Positions 63,340-64,000 of a DNA stretch of 64,000 bases are shown here, piece by piece (within the stretch, counting starts at the first letter, position 1; each line of letters starts with the position of its first letter). Under the pieces are notes generated by a model. That model saw only the letters and a program-made list of their open reading frames with translations. It did no database searches and had not been told where the DNA came from. Source of the DNA: Ancylonema sp. Taxonomy: Eukaryota. The stretch covers positions 1 to 64,000 of the forward strand of contig JBFLGF010000226.1 of the NCBI GenBank assembly GCA_050230475.1. The letters run 5' to 3'. The translations under genes and the position numbers were made by a program.

Positions 63340-64000
63340 TTAGGGATGTTACGTGATTGGTGTGCAAGGCAGTGTGATTCTTTCCGTACAAGGAACTTAC
63401 GTCTCTCAGAAGTGATCAATGACAAAGTGTTGAGTTGGACGAATAATCTTGTATGGTCGGCATCGTGTAGGTATACCACGATGCCTCGTCCACAACATGA
63501 ATCTACAAAGCGTGCCGACGGTCGTGTCTACGAACCGTCGGCCTATCATAATCAACAACAGTCAGATCTGTCAACGGCACACGCCGGACAGTCGGACAAA
63601 ACATAACGTCTAGATTCGGAACCATCTAGACGCACGTGCTACAAACGGCACAATCGAAACGTCATATTCGGGTGCCCGGACATAAGTCCGGCCCCTCATT
63701 ATAAGCACACCCGAGGAACCCTACCGGTTACACTAACCGGCAGTCCGGACTAGCACGCTAGCAAACATGGCTATCCGATATAATTCCTACACACCCCCTC
63801 GGATGCCATGCCAAGTTTGGCATTAAGTCAGCACCAAAGGACCACCCTCTCAACAGCTAAGTCATGGCAAGACCATCATCCATCTAATTCATGGCAAGAC
63901 CATTGCATAGCCCATGGAATAGTAGGGTCTTCTCTAGCATATCAATGTGCTAGAGGCATTTATCAAAAAAATCACAGCCGATAGGAAGACGATCGGAAGC
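63340..64000 (-). mobile_element. 3' end (3' UTR, PPT, LTR) of a copia running off the window
   Basis: ATCCGAGGGGGTG|TGTAGGAATTATATCGGATAGCCATG at 63791 resembles the 49531-49570 PPT/LTR junction. Confidence 0.8.

Noticed and set aside
1..64000. Alternative genetic code (TAA/TAG = Gln) to explain the many in-frame stops
   Set aside because: GPT ends in TAA and RPB4 ends in TAG at the expected C-termini, and the host exons have no internal TAA/TAG. The stops are confined to decayed TEs.

Overview
Eukaryotic, intron-containing DNA from a green-plant (streptophyte-type) genome, probably an alga or other non-seed lineage; the taxon is an inference. Three intact spliced host genes form a small island: a KDM3/JHDM2-family JmjC H3K9 demethylase (15960-20754, -), a plastid glucose-6-phosphate/phosphate translocator (26973-29538, +) and RNA polymerase II subunit RPB4 (30658-32170, -; not called as a gene by the ORF track). 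The rest is densely nested, mostly decayed transposon DNA. It includes Ty1/copia elements primed by a half initiator-tRNA with TG...TA LTRs, and Ty3/gypsy elements carrying a DNMT3-like cytosine methyltransferase before RT plus a PHD finger after integrase. It also includes hAT-, Mutator- and pogo-like MITEs (one four-level nest) and two tRNA-like cassettes. The most unusual signal is two divergent LTR elements (1-1944 and about 21.7-26.3 kb) that have no RT/RH/INT after a DNMT3-like domain. In both, the catalytic motifs are replaced in the same way (GWECQ to GN[YW]HT, EN to TH, RxR to RPT). This suggests a conserved, catalytically dead DNMT3L-like pseudo-enzyme carried by a non-autonomous retroelement family. 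All alignments and splice models were made by eye; no searches were run.
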